Source of the DNA: an uncultured Nitrososphaerota archaeon
GTDB lineage: Archaea > Thermoproteota > EX4484-205 > JAAOZO01
Reading direction: 5' to 3'
Assembly: GCA_964408285.1 (NCBI GenBank)
Contig: CAYOYV010000026.1
Location: 1-10,244 of the forward strand
Length of the DNA: 10,244 nt
Shown here: piece after piece, positions 6,717 to 10,244 of the stretch
Layout: each line of letters starts with the position of its first letter
Position numbering within the stretch: position 1 is the first letter of the stretch
Program-made: the position numbers and the translations under genes
The notes under the pieces: generated by a model
The model's input: the letters and a program-made list of their open reading frames with translations, nothing else
Databases searched by the model: none
What the model was told of the DNA's origin: nothing

Positions 6717-7827
6717 GGCGAGGAAGGTCCTTAATATGCACAAACATGCTGATGGCGGTTGGTTCTGGATAAAGTACTCTGCCGTTCCCTACATTGGATG
6801 TGAGTGGGGGTGTGGATATTGTTACTCCAGGGATGAGAAATATAACCCGCACAAAGCCTCGCGAGACCCGGAGGTCCTGAAATTCGAAGACCCGTTTTCC
6901 GAATATATCAAAATCAAGGAGAACGCTCCGGAACTTCTACGGAACGATCTAAGAGGAAAGCCAATAGATTTGGTTTGTCTTGATGGTTACCAGCCGATCG
7001 ATGCAAAATACCAGTACGCTAGGAAAATGCTGGAGGTTTGTCTTGACCTCGGCTTCCCGGTATTCATAAACGAGAAGTCGCCGATCCTATTGCGGGATTC
7101 CGATGTCCTGGAAGCAATCAACGAGAGATCCTACGTGAATGTGGGCTGGTCAATAATAACCACAACGGACGATAGCACCCGGGAGGCATTTGAGTCAAAG
7201 GCTCCACCCGTTAGCTCACGCTTTGCAGCAATGGGGAAGCTGGCGAAGAGGAAGATAATGACCGGCACGGTCTTCATGCCGATTCTGCCCTTCATTTATG
7301 ATAACGAGGACAACATCGAAGCGGTGGTGCGAAGAACAAAAGAATGCGGAGGGCAGTATGTGCTGGACGCAGGACTGACCCTTTGGGGCCATTGCAAAAC
7401 GCATTTTTACGGAATCCTGAGGGCCTACGACTCGTCATTGGTGCGGGAATATGATGCGCTGTATACGAACTCTGCGCGGCTCGCCAGTCATACGGCACAC
7501 GTACACGAACTTGTCTCAAAACACTGCCGAAGATATGGGCTCCTTCCTCATATCCCGCGCCCGGTCGCTTTCTTCCCCCCTGTATTACGGCTTAACAAGA
7601 AGATAGCTGAGCAGTTCTATCTAAAGGCTCGCGAGCTTCAGCTGGCTGGAGAAGAAAGGCACAAGCAATGGGCATATCAAAAAGGAGCTTGGGCGCTTGA
7701 TGATCTGAAGGAAAGCATTGTAGGCATCTACAATAAGGAAGGGATCACGGGCCTTCTGAAAATCAAAGGCATCGGCAAAAGCCTAGCTGCTCAAATAGAG
7801 GAATATGTGAAAAAGGCTCCTGCATAG
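6700..7827 (+). CDS. SplB/Rv2578c-like radical SAM protein fused to a C-terminal Pol X/Pol beta N-terminal (8-kDa, HhH) domain
   Basis: PYIGCEWGCGYCY (CxxxCxxC), IKIKENAPELL, DGYQPID..Y...RKMLEV, KSPILLRD, FESKAPP..SRF, MPILPFI.D. C-terminal HKQWAYQKGA...LLKIKGIGKSLAAQIEEY. Overlaps the upstream gene by 17 bp. Confidence 0.88.
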   Translation: MYKVCRARKVLNMHKHADGGWFWIKYSAVPYIGCEWGCGYCYSRDEKYNPHKASRDPEVLKFEDPFSEYIKIKENAPELLRNDLRGKPIDLVCLDGYQPIDAKYQYARKMLEVCLDLGFPVFINEKSPILLRDSDVLEAINERSYVNVGWSIITTTDDSTREAFESKAPPVSSRFAAMGKLAKRKIMTGTVFMPILPFIYDNEDNIEAVVRRTKECGGQYVLDAGLTLWGHCKTHFYGILRAYDSSLVREYDALYTNSARLASHTAHVHELVSKHCRRYGLLPHIPRPVAFFPPVLRLNKKIAEQFYLKARELQLAGEERHKQWAYQKGAWALDDLKESIVGIYNKEGITGLLKIKGIGKSLAAQIEEYVKKAPA

Positions 7828-7910
7828 TCGCGCGTCTCCCACACGTTCGTGCAGGCTGTTACCCGTTTTTAGACCAAGCTCCGAACGCCTTTGGTAGTGC
7901 TATTGCCACA

Positions 7911-8999
7911 TCAGAAATTGCGTCTGCGATGAAGCCTGCGAGGCAAATCTCTACCCGCTTTCCTTAGATAGGACGTAGCCTGCGGAAAAGTATCTATGAG
8001 TTCGGGTGTTCTGTGCCACCGCTGATTGTCCTTAACTGTCTTGAGCAGACATGCCGCCAACCATCTCTTCGTTCTATCCTTTGCGCCAAGAGAGGAGCGA
8101 ACGCTTTCAATAAGTTCTAATCCGCTGTCCTTGGTTATGTAATGCATGTCGTTTGGCAACTTGAACTGCCTTGATGGTGCTTCACTGAGCCAAGAGTTGA
8201 TTGCAGTCGAGTAGACCAATACATTCTCCTCAATGAAACGCCTGAACTCCTCAAACATCGACCTCTTCTCACTAAAGGTCCCCACACACAGAAGCCCAGC
8301 GTCTAAGATCATTGAATAACAGCACTGACAGTCGGGGACCTCAGAGGCCTTGCATCCAAAACAAGCAAATGGACGCACATGGCCCTCTAGCGCTGAGCTA
8401 CCATAGGTCTCTTTGCACTCTTCCTCTGATAGCTTCTTGAGTGAGGATATTGATAATTCTCCAGAGTCGAGGGTCGAAATGAGCCTCCTCGCAAAATTCT
8501 CCTTCCTGTCTTTTGGTTGCCCCAGAAAGAGAAAGATCTTGAATTCGATTGGGCTCTCCGGACGACCTTTTGCGAGCCATTTCTTGATCGATTGCGAGTA
8601 GTTCTTGACAGTCTCTTGCGATTGCCTCCTCAAACTTCCGCCATCGTGATACCCAATAGAATTCAGCAAGCCCCGACCCTCGCACCCCATCCAAACGGGA
8701 TCAGTGAAGCGCTCATTGCCTATCTCCTTACAGAGGAAGGCAACGCTTTGAGGAAAGAGGGGGTTTTCACGGCAGAACTCGGCTATCTGAGCGCGTATTA
8801 ATCTTTGATCAAGGGTTGGCTCCTCCAGCTTGCGTTGCATTTCATTGATCGCTCTGATCTCGTTGTCCCAGCGTTCAGGGTCATCGGTGAGATTCGTGTT
8901 CCACCAGAGGTTCCATGCTTTCACCTGTTCATTTTCGATTACCATCTCAAATCCCAAAGGGACACATTCATACGATAGAAGCTTCCCGGTCATTCGCAT
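7911..8999 (-). CDS. Hypothetical protein with Cys cluster (start uncertain: 8999, 8993 or 8945)
   Basis: 362 aa open frame filling the gap between convergent and divergent neighbours. Contains ACFGCKASEVPDCQCC. No family recognised. Confidence 0.75.
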   Translation of the reverse strand: MRMTGKLLSYECVPLGFEMVIENEQVKAWNLWWNTNLTDDPERWDNEIRAINEMQRKLEEPTLDQRLIRAQIAEFCRENPLFPQSVAFLCKEIGNERFTDPVWMGCEGRGLLNSIGYHDGGSLRRQSQETVKNYSQSIKKWLAKGRPESPIEFKIFLFLGQPKDRKENFARRLISTLDSGELSISSLKKLSEEECKETYGSSALEGHVRPFACFGCKASEVPDCQCCYSMILDAGLLCVGTFSEKRSMFEEFRRFIEENVLVYSTAINSWLSEAPSRQFKLPNDMHYITKDSGLELIESVRSSLGAKDRTKRWLAACLLKTVKDNQRWHRTPELIDTFPQATSYLRKAGRDLPRRLHRRRNF

Positions 9000-9146
9000 T
9001 CGCCTTGCTGATTGACTTCTAACGTCGCTCGATCAAATAACTACCGCTTTTAACACTAAGGCCGAGTGGCTAGGGCAAGCGCTATCGCGCGATAATTACG
9101 GAAGACAGGGGGTCCTTTCGTTGCACGACGCATAGCTCCTTGTGGG

Positions 9147-9158
9147 AAGCCTTTTATC
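9147..9158 (+). promoter_or_regulatory. Putative BRE/TATA promoter of the 9195 gene
   Basis: AAGCCTTTTATC, 11/12 identical to the element at 1303-1314, ~37 nt upstream of ATG 9195. Confidence 0.45.
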
Positions 9159-9194
9159 CAGTTTTTATCGGCCTGTTTATCGCAGATTGAACCA

Positions 9195-10232
9195 ATGTCA
9201 AAACTGGTTGCTAAATGTGGCATAGACTGTGGTGCTTGTCCTTGGGGGCCTTACCCGCGGGAGGGCATGACTGTCGAGGAATTTGACCAGTATAGGAGAA
9301 ATACCAAGAGGATTCTGGGGTATATGCCGATTAAGACGCCATGCCTGACATGTCGAACTCCAGACTCGGAAATCCCGAAGGGATCGAAGCTACCTAATCG
9401 AAAATGTCTGATACGCCAATGCGTTGACAAGAGTGGAATGGCAAACTGTGCTTATTGTTCCCGGTTCCCGTGCGACACGGTGAAAGTAACGGCTGGCTTT
9501 TGGACCCGTGAGAATATAGAGAAGAAGCTTGGTGCGCCGATTTCTGAAGAGGACTATCACGCGTTTGTAGAACCCTTCGAGGGAATAACTCGTTTAGAGG
9601 CCATTCGTGTTTCATTGAAACCAGAAGAGATCGTGGAACCTGCCAAAGTTCTAACATCTGAGACGAGAATCGCTGACTTTCCGGAGAACCTACCCTTCTC
9701 CAAAGAAGAGAAAGCATCGTTTAAAGCCGTTCACAAGTTGCTGACGACCATAAAACGGTCTTCATTGGGACTAAGAGATACTGACACATTCGCTCAACAG
9801 CACAGACTTGAAAACCGAAGGGCACATGTTTTGAGGTTTTTGTGGATACTCGGACGCTACGGCAAATTTGAGAAAGAGAAGAAGGCGCATCTCGTGGTTA
9901 ACGCCAGAATATATTTGGCCAACCGGGGCAGCGAGAAGACGCTGGCAGATTGGTCTTCTGTGAAAGATACTGTTTTCAAAACTTTGTCCGAATTTGGAGT
10001 TTCTTGCGAACGCGTTGCGTTGAAAGGAGTCAAAGAGGAAGACCTAGCGACTAACACGGGATATCTCCGAAGTAAGGGCTGGATTATGAAAATGTCGTTC
10101 GAGGAAAGAATTGGTGGCACGGCTACTCTCAATGCATTACAAACTTACGCCCGGAAGTTAGATCAAAAATACGGCAAAAAAGCATTCAAACACTTCTCAG
10201 ACGCGGACATGCAAAGCCTGTTCAAGAAGTAA
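9195..10232 (+). CDS. DUF3795-like Cys-rich N-terminal domain plus long uncharacterised C-terminal region
   Basis: AKCGIDCGACP...PCLTC...CLIRQCVDKSGMANCAYCSRFPC matches the DUF3795 Cys pattern. About 250 further residues are unrecognised. Confidence 0.8.
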   Translation: MSKLVAKCGIDCGACPWGPYPREGMTVEEFDQYRRNTKRILGYMPIKTPCLTCRTPDSEIPKGSKLPNRKCLIRQCVDKSGMANCAYCSRFPCDTVKVTAGFWTRENIEKKLGAPISEEDYHAFVEPFEGITRLEAIRVSLKPEEIVEPAKVLTSETRIADFPENLPFSKEEKASFKAVHKLLTTIKRSSLGLRDTDTFAQQHRLENRRAHVLRFLWILGRYGKFEKEKKAHLVVNARIYLANRGSEKTLADWSSVKDTVFKTLSEFGVSCERVALKGVKEEDLATNTGYLRSKGWIMKMSFEERIGGTATLNALQTYARKLDQKYGKKAFKHFSDADMQSLFKK

Positions 10233-10244
10233 TATCACCAAAGG

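Noticed and set aside
7861-7872. T5 run as terminator of the repair operon
   Set aside because: Plausible archaeal oligo-T terminator but too short to support from sequence alone.
9060-9076. GGCCGAGTGGCTAGGGC resembling a tRNA D-arm or att remnant
   Set aside because: No acceptor stem, anticodon arm or T-loop can be built around it, and it does not match the tRNA-Ser at 4798.
1325-10132. Remaining short antisense or nested ORFs in the track (e.g. 2584-3039, 4033-4527, 5343-5662, 8398-8801, 9394-9717)
   Set aside because: They lie largely within better-supported genes and show no motifs or start signals.

Overview
Archaeal chromosomal DNA, most consistent with a TACK-type lineage (Bathy-/Thaumarchaeota-like; inferred from gene content, not verified). 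The window appears to span a replication origin. An orc1/cdc6 initiator gene (3524-4738) is preceded by a ~590 bp spacer holding two inverted ORB elements (3124-3143, 3223-3242). Left of the origin lie three predicted DNA-binding proteins (HTH-CBS, coiled-coil+wHTH, and a convergent wHTH), a repeat-rich 620 bp spacer, and a minus-strand Cys-rich/DUF4417-like gene that runs off the window and is absent from the ORF track. Directly after cdc6 is a tRNA-Ser(CGA) gene, hidden under the 4805 ORF, with a 17-nt intron at non-canonical T-loop position 59/60 in a strict bulge-helix-bulge motif. It is followed by a C_GCAxxG_C_C gene, a HExxE hypothetical, an AlkD-like HEAT-repeat gene and a SplB-like radical SAM fused to a Pol beta-type 8-kDa/HhH domain (probable DNA-repair operon). 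The window ends with a divergent pair of Cys-containing proteins, one with an N-terminal DUF3795-like domain. No integrase, transposase or CRISPR array was seen. All family assignments come from motif recognition by eye.
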